Assembly: GCA_001567355.1 (NCBI GenBank)
Contig: JYNZ01000003.1
Coordinates: forward strand, 70,655-134,654
Length of the DNA: 64,000 nucleotides
Reading direction: 5' to 3'
Source: a candidate division WS6 bacterium OLB20
GTDB taxonomy: Bacteria; Patescibacteriota; Dojkabacteria; B142; OLB20
The notes below the pieces were generated by a model, which did no database searches, was not told the origin of the DNA, and worked only from the letters and a program-made list of their open reading frames with translations. Made by a program: the position numbers and the translations under genes. Below, piece after piece: positions 1-11,367 of the stretch. How positions within the stretch are numbered: the stretch's first letter is position 1; each line of letters begins with the position of its first letter.

Positions 1-1
1 C

Positions 2-1231
2 CGTTCTTCCGGGAAAATCATGTTTCTCCAGATCCGTGACGGTGCTGGAGATATTCAGACAGTAATTGAAGAGGAGAAGACAGGCAAAGATGTATGGGAT
101 GCGGCAAATGAACTGACAATCGAGTCATCGCTGCAGATCACCGGGATTGTTCATGCCGATGAGCGTTCTCCGTTCGGATACGAGCTTGAGGTTACAGGAA
201 TAAAGATAATTCAGGTCTCACCGGAATACCCGATCGGCCGAAAGGAACACGGACCGGATTTTCTGCTTGATAACCGCCATCTCTGGCTGCGTGCACAATC
301 GCAGCGAGCGGTCATGCGAATAAGGGACGAAATCTTCTGGAGCATAACATCGTTCCTGCGTGAGGAAGGCTTTGTACGCTTTGACACACCGATTTTTCAG
401 CCAGTTTCGTGTGAGGATACATCCGAACTGTTTGAGGTTGACTACTTTGGCGAGAAGACATACCTGACTCAGTCCGGCCAGCTGTACAGCGAGGCCGCCG
501 AGATGGCGCTTGGCAGATGCTATGACTTCGGTCCGGTGTTCCGTGCGGAAAAATCAAAGACGCGTAAACATCTGATCGAATTCTGGATGATGGATGCCGA
601 GCTGCCGTTTACAACCCTTGACGGACTTATGGACTTTGAGGAGGCCATGCTGAAGCGCATTATCAGTGACTGCCTCAAAAACACTGCACGGGAGTTATCG
701 ATCCTGGAACGGGACACAGCAAAGCTTAAGGCCGCTGCCGAGAAACCCTTTATCCGTATGCCGCACAAAGAGGTTATAGCACTTCTCAATCAAAATTATT
801 CAGCAGGTCTGTCTGAACTGGATGATATCGGCGCCCCTGAAGAGGCACAGCTGTCAGAGCTGTACGACGTTCCCGTCTTTATCTACGACTGGCCGGCAGA
901 GATAAAAGCATTCTACATGCCCAAGTTCAAATCAGCAGGTGATACTCTGGAACGCGTTCGTGCAGTTGATCTTGTCGCTCCCGAAGGAGGAGGCGAACTG
1001 ATGGGCGGTGCAGAGCGTGAATTTGATTACAACAAGCTGCTGACAGAACTGGAGAAGCGCAACTACGACTACAAGGATTATGAATGGTATATGGATCTGC
1101 GCAAATACGGGACAATTCCGCATTCAGGATTCGGTATCGGTCTTGAGCGGACAGTGCGCTGGATCAGCGGTATCAAACACATTCGTGAATCAATACCGTT
1201 TCCGCGCATGCTCAACAGGCTGTATCCGTGA
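2..1231 (+). CDS. asnS: asparaginyl-tRNA synthetase (class II aaRS), 5' end cut by the window edge
   Basis: The reading frame is open from the first base of the window. There is an N-terminal OB-fold anticodon-binding region. The class II motifs are present: 'FRAEKSKTRKHLIEFWMMDAE' (motif 2-like) and 'GFGIGLERTVRWI' (motif 3). The C-terminus '...IPFPRM' is typical of AsnRS. Confidence 0.85.
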   Translation, partial: RSSGKIMFLQIRDGAGDIQTVIEEEKTGKDVWDAANELTIESSLQITGIVHADERSPFGYELEVTGIKIIQVSPEYPIGRKEHGPDFLLDNRHLWLRAQSQRAVMRIRDEIFWSITSFLREEGFVRFDTPIFQPVSCEDTSELFEVDYFGEKTYLTQSGQLYSEAAEMALGRCYDFGPVFRAEKSKTRKHLIEFWMMDAELPFTTLDGLMDFEEAMLKRIISDCLKNTARELSILERDTAKLKAAAEKPFIRMPHKEVIALLNQNYSAGLSELDDIGAPEEAQLSELYDVPVFIYDWPAEIKAFYMPKFKSAGDTLERVRAVDLVAPEGGGELMGGAEREFDYNKLLTELEKRNYDYKDYEWYMDLRKYGTIPHSGFGIGLERTVRWISGIKHIRESIPFPRMLNRLYP

Positions 1232-1283
1232 TCATTGAGGCTCAAACGCGGATACAGTACAATGTAGCAGTCACACATATTCA

Positions 1284-2450
1284 TTGATGCGACTTATCGC
1301 AATCACTGCAGTCATTCTGGCCGCTGTAAGTAGCGTAGCTGTATTCGGGACTCTGCAGCAGCGGAAAACTGACTCGTACAGCAATGCATACAAGGAACGC
1401 ACTACAAGCCTTTCCTATCTTTCCCGCAAACATGACCTGCTGCAGACAGAACGTTCAAACCGTGTTGCTTTCACACAATACACGGCACTATCCGACAGTA
1501 TCCGCGATCTGAGTGATCAGCAGCTGGCCGGCAGACTTATAATGATCAACCTGCCAGGTCCGGTTGCCACAGATACGAATGTGGCATTCCTTCGCGATCA
1601 TTCTATCGGAGGAGTCATTTTGATGGGAGGGAACATCAGCAGCCCGCAGCAGCTGACGTCGCTGATTACCTCCTATAAAGCAGCTGTACCGGATCTGCTT
1701 GTGGCAGTCGACCAGGAGGGCGGAATCGTCTCCCGGATCCACTGGGAGAAAAATGCAGGCCTGTCCGCCCAGGTCCTTGGTACAGGAACACCAGAGGCAG
1801 CTGCAGAGGTTCACAGGCAGCGTGCAAAGCTCTTGAGCGAACTCGGAGTGGACATCGTATTTGCACCTGTCCTCGATCTGCGCCTACCTGGCTCCTGGAT
1901 TGGTTCCCGCTCGTTTTCGGATGACAGCAGCAGAGTTTCCACCTATGCCGAAAGCATCGTTCCTGCGATCGAATCCCAGGGGGTTGCCTCAGCAGCCAAG
2001 CACTTTCCGGGCCTGGGGAGATCGGCGGAAGACTCTCATGAGGTGCTGCCTGTCATACCTGCAGACAGAGACATGCTTGCCGAGGATATTGCACCGTTTA
2101 CCGCCTATGTAAAAGCAGGGGGGAGCATGATCATGACAGGACACGGTCTGTATCCTGCACTTGATCCGGACATGCCGGCATCACTTTCAAGTGATGTAGT
2201 CACAGGACTGATTCGCAAGGAGATGGGCTTTGAGGGGATAATCGTGACCGATGACCTGCGCATGGGCGCACTTGATGCCTGGCCTGATAAATCCTCGCAG
2301 GCACTGAGTGCTGGTAATGATATGCTCCTGTATATTGATTACCTCCCCGATACAAAACGGGCGATCACATCACTGACAGAAGAGTTCAGTAGAGAAGAAC
2401 TTGAAATGATGGTAATCCGCCTGCACAGAAAGACTGCAGACCTCCCGTAA
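1284..2450 (+). CDS. glycoside hydrolase family 3 beta-N-acetylhexosaminidase (NagZ-like) with an N-terminal membrane anchor
   Basis: GH3 signatures 'DQEGGIVSRI' and 'AKHFPGLGRSAEDSHEVLP' (KHFPG[HL]G motif). There is a hydrophobic N-terminal segment. Confidence 0.8.
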   Translation: MMRLIAITAVILAAVSSVAVFGTLQQRKTDSYSNAYKERTTSLSYLSRKHDLLQTERSNRVAFTQYTALSDSIRDLSDQQLAGRLIMINLPGPVATDTNVAFLRDHSIGGVILMGGNISSPQQLTSLITSYKAAVPDLLVAVDQEGGIVSRIHWEKNAGLSAQVLGTGTPEAAAEVHRQRAKLLSELGVDIVFAPVLDLRLPGSWIGSRSFSDDSSRVSTYAESIVPAIESQGVASAAKHFPGLGRSAEDSHEVLPVIPADRDMLAEDIAPFTAYVKAGGSMIMTGHGLYPALDPDMPASLSSDVVTGLIRKEMGFEGIIVTDDLRMGALDAWPDKSSQALSAGNDMLLYIDYLPDTKRAITSLTEEFSREELEMMVIRLHRKTADLP

Positions 2451-2505
2451 AAAGATACCTCCCCGAAACGGAGAGGTATCAACTATTTGTTCTGTCCCGG
2501 CGTGA

Positions 2506-3726
2506 CTAGTGCCTGAACTCCAGATTCAACCGGTTGTTATCCTCATCAATATAGATGCGGTAATCAAGCGGTTTATCAAGCTCAAAGACATATGTCGACT
2601 TGTTGTTGGCAAACGTGATATCAACTGTATTGATGTCACGGACACCTCTGGCTGCAAAATCAGTCATCCCCTGACCGGATGAATCCGGCAGTGCGTCATA
2701 GGCCAGGTTTTCAATCTCGAGGGTGAGCGTGTTGCCCTCAAGAGTTGCTGTAGCGTTGGGATACGGATCTCCACCACCTTTAAGGATCAGATAGTACTTG
2801 AAGATTGCAACCTCGTCCTTATACAGGTATCCGCCGATGCCGACGTTAGGACCTGTTGTACTGGTTGTAATGAACTGCTTGTTTTTTGAAAAGTCATTTG
2901 TAAGATTGATCCCGGCCGGCTCAGTCACTGCACTGGTGGGTGTTGCAGTCGGTGAAGCTGTCGGTGTTGTATCCGGGTTCTCAGGATCTGTCTCCTCTTC
3001 AAGCTCTCTGATGTCAAGCACGATCCTGTTCTCAAGCGCCTGTGTTAGCTCGTGCAGGACAAACGGTGTCTCCTCTTCAAGAGTGATCACATATACTTCG
3101 GTTGTACCTGACTGGGCCTCGTGGCTGATCGAGTCAACGACCGAAGAGGGGATCTCTGCTGTCTCGTTATAACCAAGTTCACTTTTATCCTCAATCACAT
3201 TATTCATTGAAATGGTGATTGTCTGTTCGTCACTGCTGTAGACTGCAGTTGTCTCAGGGAACGGCTGTTCTCCGTCAGAACTGACAAGAAATTCAACACG
3301 CATGAAGCTTTCGTATGGCTGAAGCATCAGCGACTCGACAGTAAATGCATCCTCACTGGCCTCGCCCACAGCCTGGTCTCCTACCAGGAATTTAGACGCA
3401 GCCTGAAGTCCGAGCGCATCAGTATCAGCAAGCACTTCACTTGAGAGAATATCCTCAGTCGGATTGCTTGTAGGAAGCGGTGTTGGTGTCGGAGTCGTCT
3501 CAGATGTTGTCTCACCCGTATCCCTGTTGCGGATCAGACGGTCATAGGCAAGAAACGCCCCTGCCGCCAGGATGAGTACAATCAACACAGCAATAAATAC
3601 TTTAGCAGCCGAGCCTTTTTCTTCAGTTTCACTGCCTCCACTGACACCCCGCAATTTACTGCGGTCCAGCTTTGCAGCACCTGACATAGCCCGTCGCTGC
3701 GTAAGTGTGGCTTTCTCTTCGGTCAT
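2506..3726 (-). CDS. hypothetical membrane-anchored protein with Pro/Thr-rich linkers
   Basis: 406-aa ORF. It has a short cytoplasmic N-terminus, one TM helix ('VFIAVLIVLILAAGAFLAY'), TPTPTP-type linkers and a C-terminal beta-rich domain. No catalytic motif is recognisable. Confidence 0.55.
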   Translation of the reverse strand: MTEEKATLTQRRAMSGAAKLDRSKLRGVSGGSETEEKGSAAKVFIAVLIVLILAAGAFLAYDRLIRNRDTGETTSETTPTPTPLPTSNPTEDILSSEVLADTDALGLQAASKFLVGDQAVGEASEDAFTVESLMLQPYESFMRVEFLVSSDGEQPFPETTAVYSSDEQTITISMNNVIEDKSELGYNETAEIPSSVVDSISHEAQSGTTEVYVITLEEETPFVLHELTQALENRIVLDIRELEEETDPENPDTTPTASPTATPTSAVTEPAGINLTNDFSKNKQFITTSTTGPNVGIGGYLYKDEVAIFKYYLILKGGGDPYPNATATLEGNTLTLEIENLAYDALPDSSGQGMTDFAARGVRDINTVDITFANNKSTYVFELDKPLDYRIYIDEDNNRLNLEFRH

Positions 3727-3847
3727 GATCAGGCAGTCTTAATATCTAATTACAACACAGTATACGTAAAAGCTCTGCTGCTGACAATATACGCAGTCGC
3801 AATGCATCCATATGATACAATGTACGTTACGGTTATCAGCAATATGC

Positions 3848-6804
3848 ATGGATTCTGAACGATCGATCGTCGTCAAGGGTGCGCGATCTCACAATCTGAA
3901 GAACATTGATGTCACCATCCCCAAGGATAAACTGGTTGTTATTACCGGACTGTCGGGTTCAGGGAAATCATCACTGGCATTTGACACGATTTATGCTGAA
4001 GGACAGCGCAAATACGTCGAATCGCTTTCCTCATACGCACGGCAGTTTCTGGGAATGATGGAAAAGGCTGACGTGGATCATATTGATGGACTTTCTCCTG
4101 CGATTTCGATTGATCAGAAGACCTCAGGTCACAACCCCAGATCTACCGTCGGAACAGTTACCGAGATTTACGACTATATGCGTCTGCTGTTTGCCCGCGC
4201 CGGACACCCGCACAGCCCCAGAACAGGTGCACGTCTGAGCTCCCAGTCTGTTCAGCAGATCGTTGACGGGCTGCTTGCGCTGCCGGCAAAGCTTGGCAGG
4301 GAATCTGTAAAGATCATGCTGCTTGCACCGATTATCAGGGATCGTAAAGGTACATACGAAGAGCTTTTTCAACGTTTTCTGTCACAGGGTTTTATCCGCG
4401 CCCGTGTCGATGGTCAGATCTATTCCCTCGAAGAGGATATTCAGCTGGACCGATACAAGAAGCATACGATTGAAGTCGTTGTAGACAGGCTTGCTCTGTC
4501 AGCAGACAAGACCGGCGACGAGGCGTTTATGAAACGGCTGACCGATTCTGTCGAAACCACGCTTAATCTTGGTGACCGGGAAATGCTTGTTAACCTGGTT
4601 GACGAAAACCGGGATGAATTTTTCTCTGAGAAACTGGTTGATCCTGAGACAGGAGAGAGCTTCCCACAGGTTGAGCCGCATACCTTCTCGTTTAACTCTC
4701 CACATGGTGCATGCGAGCGCTGCAGCGGTCTTGGATCAATCAAGGAGATTGACGAAGCATCAGTTTACAACCCGAATCTGACCATCTCCGAAGGAGGACT
4801 GTTTCCGTGGTCCAAGATGGCTGATAATGAAAACTCTTGGCATATGCAGCTGCTTAAGGCAGTAGCTGAGTCAGAAGGGTTTTCTGTTCGCACCCCGCTT
4901 GGACAGCTCAGTGATGCGCACCGAAGTATTGTGCTGCAAGGCAACGGCAAAAAAAGTACCGGTTTACCTATTATAACCCGTCATCCGGTCGTGAGACGAC
5001 AACCGAGATTACATATGAGGGCCTGATCCCTTCGCTTTACAGAAGATATGAGCAGACCGAGTCTGATTACATCCGTAACGAGATAGAAAACTATATGCGT
5101 GAGATGCCTTGCCCGCTATGCGAAGGTGAGCGTCTGAACGAGTTTGCGCGTGCAGTCACGATCGAGGGAAGGAGTATCAGCGAGATCAGCAGACTGCCGC
5201 TTGGCAGGTTGCAGCCGTGGCTGGAAACGCTCAAACCCGATCACGACTCCGGACACACCGATGCACTGTCCACTCAGGAGAAAACCATAGCCCGCCAGGT
5301 TGTTAAGGAGATTGAACTGCGTGTAACATTCCTGCTCGCTGTGGGGCTCGACTACCTGTCACTTAACAGGACTGCCCGGACCCTGTCCGGCGGTGAGTCG
5401 CAGCGGATCAGACTCGCCTCACAGATCGGGACAGGTCTTTCGGGAGTACTCTATGTACTTGATGAGCCGTCAATCGGACTGCATCAGCGCGATAATCAGC
5501 GCCTGATTGAAACTCTTCAGAACCTGCGCGAACTGGGCAATACCATCCTTGTTGTGGAGCACGATAAAGATACCATCCTGCAGGCAGACTACGTGCTTGA
5601 TATGGGACCCGGTGCAGGCGAGCATGGTGGCGAAGTCGTGGCGCAGGGGACTCCGCAGGAGATCATGGCGGACGATAGTTCGATCACAGGTCTGTATCTG
5701 TCCGGCAGGAAAAGCATCAGTGCCGACGAAGTCCGCAAAAAAGCGGCAGAGCTGAATGAAGGCCAGCCACTACAGCTGAAAGGCGACGCCACCGGAAAAG
5801 AGCTGAAACTGTTTGGTGCGACCCATAATAATCTTAAATCAATCGATGTTGCATTTCCTCTTTCAAAATTTATTGCTGTAACGGGCGTCTCCGGCTCCGG
5901 AAAATCGAGTCTGATTAATGAGACTCTGAGTAAAGCTCTGCGTCAGCATTTTCACGGCAGTAAAGATGTACCCGGTTCGTATGAACGTATTGACGGTCTG
6001 GAGCATCTCGATAAAATAATCGGCATCGACCAGTCACCGATCGGCAGAACACCGCGTTCCAACCCGGCAACATACACAGGCGTCTTTACAAATATCCGTG
6101 ACATGTTTGCACAGACACGAGAGGCCAAGGCCCGCGGGTACAAACCGGGACGGTTCAGTTTTAACGTGAGGGGCGGGCGCTGCGAAACATGTCAGGGCGA
6201 CGGTGTTCTTAAAATTGAAATGCAGTTTCTGCCCGATGTGTATGTGCAGTGCGATGTCTGCAAAGGAGAGCGCTACAACCGCGAAACACTGCAGATTGAT
6301 TACAAGGGCAAGAATATCGCTGAGGTTCTGGAGATGACAGTAGAAACTGCTTACGAGTTTTTTGAAAACATTCCTGCCATTGCCAGACGTCTCGAAACCC
6401 TGATCCAGGTCGGTCTGGGTTACATCCGGCTTGGACAGTCCGCAACAACACTCTCGGGCGGAGAAGCACAGCGTATTAAACTTGCATCAGAACTCTCCAG
6501 ACGAAGTACAGGCCGCACGCTCTATATTCTGGATGAACCCACAACCGGACTGCACTTTGATGACGTTCAGAAACTGCTTGTCGTTCTTCACAGTCTCGTT
6601 GACCGCGGAAACACTGTGATCGTAATTGAACACAATCTCGATCTGATCAAGACTGCAGACTGGATAATTGATATCGGTCCCGAAGGAGGGGAGCGCGGAG
6701 GGCGTGTAATCGCAGAAGGTTCACCGCTCGATGTCGCTCAGGTCACTGAGAGTCATACCGGCATCTGGCTTAAGAAGGAGCTTGAAGAACATCCCGGCAG
6801 CTGA
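3848..6804 (+). pseudogene. uvrA: excinuclease ABC subunit A, frame-disrupted at an A7 tract (two ORF fragments 3812-5026 and 5095-6804)
   Basis: Both fragments match UvrA throughout: a Walker A motif 'GLSGSGKSS', zinc-finger cysteines, a second ABC module with 'GVSGSGKSS', '[12 protein letters not shown]' and '[12 protein letters not shown]'. The frame upstream of the second ORF reads '[51 protein letters not shown]', which continues UvrA. The junction with frame 0 is at aaaaaaa, positions 4949-4955. Confidence 0.85.
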
Positions 6805-6935
6805 GGGAGCTCTTGTACTCAGAGAAAAACAACGTCTCTCTTCTTCAGAGGCTTATAACCCCTGCTGATCCGGTATCGATAGTGACTCGTACTTCGGATG
6901 AAAACCACCTGTGTCTCGCGCCCCGTTCCCTATAC

Positions 6936-9900
6936 TCAATTGTAGCTGAAAAGCAGCAGGGATTTGTGAAACGGATCTAAAAACGTTGCAGTCGCAATAA
7001 ACGTGAGTTCGTCCGTGTAGGTTCCTGTGGCGTTCTGTGCTCCAGGTGAGGCACCGATCTCCCACTGGATACGCAGACTGTCTATCGGGTTGCCTGATGT
7101 ATTAAAGATCTCGCCGGCAACGGTCGGGACATCACAGTAGTAATCGTTTCCACCTGTACCGTCACAGTCTGCATGGATCGTGGATGCACCGGTCACAGCT
7201 GTATTTACAAGACCACCGAAACTGTTGATACCGTAAAGACTGCTTCCTGAGGTGATCTGCACCTCGCTGCCCGAAGCCACCGAGGGGATCTGGCTTGAGC
7301 CCGGACCGTCGAGAGCACCGTTAAGGCTGCGGACCGTTACAATCGCACCACCGTCTGCATTTGTCGACAGATCAAAGAATACGTAGTTGATTGCACCTGA
7401 GAGGCCGTCAGCGTGTACAACAGTGTCTCCTGAATCATTGACAGATGATGTATTCATCTCTCCGAGATCAATCACGTAGCCGCTACTGTCGTTTGCACCG
7501 CCATGACTGTTGCAGGGACTCGTTCCGCCTGCGGCATCACAATCCTCATCAGTATCTGATGTATCGATGTCAAAGGAGATAAATGTGTCAATGTAGCCGG
7601 AAACGTTGACAGTATCATCATCGATTACCGGGACCTCGATCTCACCGGTTTCGGTACCGGATGAGTTGGTAATAATAATGCTGATCTCATAGCTGTTAAC
7701 GGTTGCCGGATTCACCATCTGATTTGTACCACCGTCCGCATTTGTACCGATCTTCAGGTCCAGATTGCTTGATGCAGCGATATAGTCCGTTCCGCTTGTC
7801 GGCGCTGTAAATGTAAATGTGCTGGTAGATGTGTTAATGCTCAATCCCCAGATATCTGCTCCTGGTGCTGCCGCCAGCGTCTTATCAACGCCGTCATCTT
7901 CCAGGTCGACATCTGAAAGAGTGATCGCTGAACTATCCCAGGCATCGTCAAAATCAACGATTATGGTGTCACCGGATGTGTTGGTATTGTTGACGCTGCC
8001 AAACTGGATAGCGTGATCACTTGCGGTTGAAACCTGCAACCGTGTCAAAGTATCCTTAAGTGCGTAGTCATCAAACAGGCTGATGCCTCCTGTTCCTGTA
8101 ACTCCTTCAGCTCTCCAGTATTCATTACCCTGGTAGGATATCTTTGTTACTGTCACGGAGTCGCCGGAGACAGACTGGGTCTGACCATCCATAAAGGTAA
8201 CACCATTACTGCAGTCTGTTGTTACCTCTGTGAGATTTGTTGCATCGGGACAGATCACTACACTGCTTGAACTTGTACCACCCGGAATCGGGATATACAG
8301 AGAATAACTGCTGCCGGTTCCTGGTGCAGTTGTGACATTATGTGCGAATGACTTACCCTGGGAAATGCTGATTCCGGCGCTGATCGAACTCCAGTCGCGG
8401 TCATCGGTCAGGTCGGTCGGGATGTCTGCCAGCAGCCGCGACGAGTCGGTCAGCCGGATTGTACGGCCAGGTCGCGAGTAGGCTGTATTTGGAGAGTTTA
8501 CCTCAAGTCCGGTTGCCAGGTCTGCTGCACTCAGAGCAGGGGACAGGTTAACGATCTGGTTTGCCTCGCAGTTTTCTCCAATAATTCCTTTACCGGACCA
8601 GTTCTGGTTTGTACGTGTGTAGGATAGTCCCACATCATCAGTCACCCGGACCATGTACTGGTACTGACTCAGCATGTATGTCTGTTCTGCCTGATTGTAG
8701 AATGCTGCGTAGATATAGTCGTTGTTATGAGCTATACCTGAGAAGGCAACTGGTGTTGTCGCGTAAGTTTCTCTGTTTATCTGACGTACATTCAGACTGC
8801 CAAGATCGGGATCAGGAAGTCCTGTCATATGCAGGAGATGGTTGGTATCATAGTTATAAACAAGTGTGTCGCTGCCATCGCCGTCAGCGAGATCAGTAAG
8901 ATATGTTGAAGAAGCATCACTGGGGTCAAGCAGATACAGTGACTCCGGCTGATCAGCCTCACCGACGCCAGTGATCCCATACAGCGTGCCATCAGGTGCA
9001 AACGCGATACCTCCAAAGAGCTTGCCGGTATCTCCTATTTCTGTTGCCACACCGGTTGAAGGGTCAAGAGTTACCAGCGACCTGCCAGTCTGACCGTCAA
9101 TAGTGATAAGAGCATACGGTGTGCAGGTGACAGGATGTCTGACCATTCCGTTATGCCAGAGAACAGTTTTTCCGGCCAGTGTCACAGTCTGTGTATCAAG
9201 CAGCGTTCCATCCACTGTGTCAACCAGATAGATCTCATCGTCATAGTTTGCAAGTACATAAATGTTCTCGGGTGTTGCCTGTGTTGTTCCGGTAAAATCC
9301 CAGCCTGCATTATTACCTAGATCAGTTACAGTACCGCCCGAAGCCTCAATCTCGTAGTAGTAGGTCTGCTGGATATCCTGTACGTTCAGGTGACTAAGGG
9401 TTTCGCTCCCCAGCGTCCGAAGATAGGCACGTGTGCCGGGTGTGTCTGACGCCAGCGTCAGCAGATTGCCTGATGCTCCCTGCAGTGTGAGTGTTCCCTC
9501 AACAACGACTTCGCCGGGCACTGCTATTGAAAGGGTATCTGCAGAGGATACAGTCTTAGTGAGATTATAAAACGTAAACTTGTCCTCATAGTCAGTCATT
9601 ACATCCGGTCCGAATATAGTCTGCGCAACACCGTCAAGAGTAACCGTACCATTGTTTGCATGATTGAGGCTGCCTGATCCGGGTCCCAGGTATACATCAC
9701 CACCGATTGTTGTTGAAGCGGGAAGTGTCAGATTTCCATGAGTGACAGTGAAGTCGCCGTCCACATCCAGTGTTGTCCCCGTGAGATCAGGTGAACCTTG
9801 AGTCGCACTGAAGTCACCGTTGACCGTGATTGCAGAAAACTGGCTGACATTAGGGGCTCCGAAAAATGTCAGGTCTCCGTTGATTGTAAATGTTCCGCTT

Positions 9901-11270
9901 CCGAATGTATTAATATTACGCAGTACCAGCGAGCCGGTGGAAACTGGATTAGCTCCAACTACAAAGTAGTTAGTTGTGTAGTCAACAGTGCCTTCATGCG
10001 AAAAAGTCACATCGGAGAGACCGAAACCTGAGACCTCAGTGTTCTCACCGATTCCATTGTCAAATACATATGAAGTGTTTGACTCTGAATAGGAGCCACC
10101 ATTGAATTGCGCAAATGGCCCGTTAAAGTAAATAGTCCCGTTTGTTGGAGCTGTAAATGCACCACTCTGGGCAAAGAAACCTCCATTGAATGTCGCAGAC
10201 GTCATTGAAGAAAGATTTGCAGTACCACCGTTGGTTGAAAATGTTCCCTCAACAATGAGACTGGAAAAACCTGTGATTCCGTTTCCTCCTGAATAAAAAG
10301 ACAGATCATCTGCGGTAAACGTTCCTGTGCCTGTAATAACACCACCGTCAAGTACCAGACCACCGGTCGCAGTTGGATTATTTCCCAGCCTTACCGTACA
10401 ACCGGAAAGGATTGTGTAGCCTCCAAGATTGTTAAAGGTGGCTACATTGAAGAAATCACCGGTACAGGTAATATCTCTCGATGTTGCAGTCGTGAATGCG
10501 ACAGTACCGTTGTTATGATTGAACGTTCCAGCGGTTTTAGTAAAGTGACCGAACACCGACATGGTAGCTGACGGAGCAGTAAACGTGGGAGATCCGGATG
10601 CCATATTGAATCCCAGTCCGGTATAGTCAAGGTAGACTGCGGTATGATTTCCGAAGTTGACATTAGCGGTTCCTGAAATTGAAAGCGTCTGGCCGACTTC
10701 AACGATACCGCCACTTGATGTATAACTTCCACCACTGAGAGTCATATTAAGGGCCACATCAGTCGTTCCTGTAGGTGCATTATATGTTCCGTTGAGTACG
10801 CTAAGCGAATTTCCGACCGTGAGATCTCCTGAGCTGCCGTTGAAGGTTCCGCTGTTTACACTGAAGGTGCTAGTCGTGGATATTCCATGAGAGCTGGCAT
10901 TGAATATGCCACTGAAAATATTGAGATTTGCGACTGAAAGGGAGCGCTGCTGAGTAATTGTGCCTGTATAACCCGAGTTGACACTTAGATTTGTAATCGT
11001 TCCTCCAAAGCCGCTGTCAATAACCGCGTCCTTTGTGGAAGTATTATTGAAGACAGCATTATCCAGGGGACCGGGCACAATGTTGCTCGACCAGTTGAGC
11101 GCGCATGACCACTTGTTACCGTCACCGGGGCTGCCACCGCATGTGCCGTCAGAACCGCCGCCATCCCATGTATAGGATGCGCCTGCCGCTGGTTGAATCA
11201 GAAATGTGGAAAGCACAATTATCAGCCCGATTGAGGCTGCTGCAGCAAATAGAGCATTCCGTTTACGCAT
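6936..11270 (-). CDS. giant secreted or surface protein (about 1,445 aa) with beta-helix-like Gly/Thr/Asn-rich repeats and a beta-propeller-like segment
   Basis: Uninterrupted 4.3-kb ORF. The N-terminus looks like a signal peptide ('MRKRNALFAAAASIGLIIVLSTFLIQPAAGA'). There are long low-complexity G/T/S/N repeat regions of the kind seen in parallel beta-helix adhesins, and a central region with repeated 'LY..T/DG.LY.L' propeller-like blades. No sortase or autotransporter beta-barrel signature was seen. Confidence 0.7.
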   Translation of the reverse strand: MRKRNALFAAAASIGLIIVLSTFLIQPAAGASYTWDGGGSDGTCGGSPGDGNKWSCALNWSSNIVPGPLDNAVFNNTSTKDAVIDSGFGGTITNLSVNSGYTGTITQQRSLSVANLNIFSGIFNASSHGISTTSTFSVNSGTFNGSSGDLTVGNSLSVLNGTYNAPTGTTDVALNMTLSGGSYTSSGGIVEVGQTLSISGTANVNFGNHTAVYLDYTGLGFNMASGSPTFTAPSATMSVFGHFTKTAGTFNHNNGTVAFTTATSRDITCTGDFFNVATFNNLGGYTILSGCTVRLGNNPTATGGLVLDGGVITGTGTFTADDLSFYSGGNGITGFSSLIVEGTFSTNGGTANLSSMTSATFNGGFFAQSGAFTAPTNGTIYFNGPFAQFNGGSYSESNTSYVFDNGIGENTEVSGFGLSDVTFSHEGTVDYTTNYFVVGANPVSTGSLVLRNINTFGSGTFTINGDLTFFGAPNVSQFSAITVNGDFSATQGSPDLTGTTLDVDGDFTVTHGNLTLPASTTIGGDVYLGPGSGSLNHANNGTVTLDGVAQTIFGPDVMTDYEDKFTFYNLTKTVSSADTLSIAVPGEVVVEGTLTLQGASGNLLTLASDTPGTRAYLRTLGSETLSHLNVQDIQQTYYYEIEASGGTVTDLGNNAGWDFTGTTQATPENIYVLANYDDEIYLVDTVDGTLLDTQTVTLAGKTVLWHNGMVRHPVTCTPYALITIDGQTGRSLVTLDPSTGVATEIGDTGKLFGGIAFAPDGTLYGITGVGEADQPESLYLLDPSDASSTYLTDLADGDGSDTLVYNYDTNHLLHMTGLPDPDLGSLNVRQINRETYATTPVAFSGIAHNNDYIYAAFYNQAEQTYMLSQYQYMVRVTDDVGLSYTRTNQNWSGKGIIGENCEANQIVNLSPALSAADLATGLEVNSPNTAYSRPGRTIRLTDSSRLLADIPTDLTDDRDWSSISAGISISQGKSFAHNVTTAPGTGSSYSLYIPIPGGTSSSSVVICPDATNLTEVTTDCSNGVTFMDGQTQSVSGDSVTVTKISYQGNEYWRAEGVTGTGGISLFDDYALKDTLTRLQVSTASDHAIQFGSVNNTNTSGDTIIVDFDDAWDSSAITLSDVDLEDDGVDKTLAAAPGADIWGLSINTSTSTFTFTAPTSGTDYIAASSNLDLKIGTNADGGTNQMVNPATVNSYEISIIITNSSGTETGEIEVPVIDDDTVNVSGYIDTFISFDIDTSDTDEDCDAAGGTSPCNSHGGANDSSGYVIDLGEMNTSSVNDSGDTVVHADGLSGAINYVFFDLSTNADGGAIVTVRSLNGALDGPGSSQIPSVASGSEVQITSGSSLYGINSFGGLVNTAVTGASTIHADCDGTGGNDYYCDVPTVAGEIFNTSGNPIDSLRIQWEIGASPGAQNATGTYTDELTFIATATFLDPFHKSLLLFSYN

Positions 11271-11367
11271 TGAATAAGGGAGCAATAGTTAACTATTGCA
11301 AAGCTCCCGCTGTAAGTCAACAAATTTGAAGCACCATGCTAAGCTCTGGTTTAGATGGAGGGTTTCG

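Noticed and set aside
4949-4955. Programmed ribosomal frameshifting as the explanation for the split genes.
   Set aside because: Only the uvrA site resembles a slippery heptamer. The six sites differ in context and direction, and no downstream stimulatory structure is evident. Random indels, whether artefactual or mutational, explain all six more simply. The idea is kept only as a minor alternative for uvrA.
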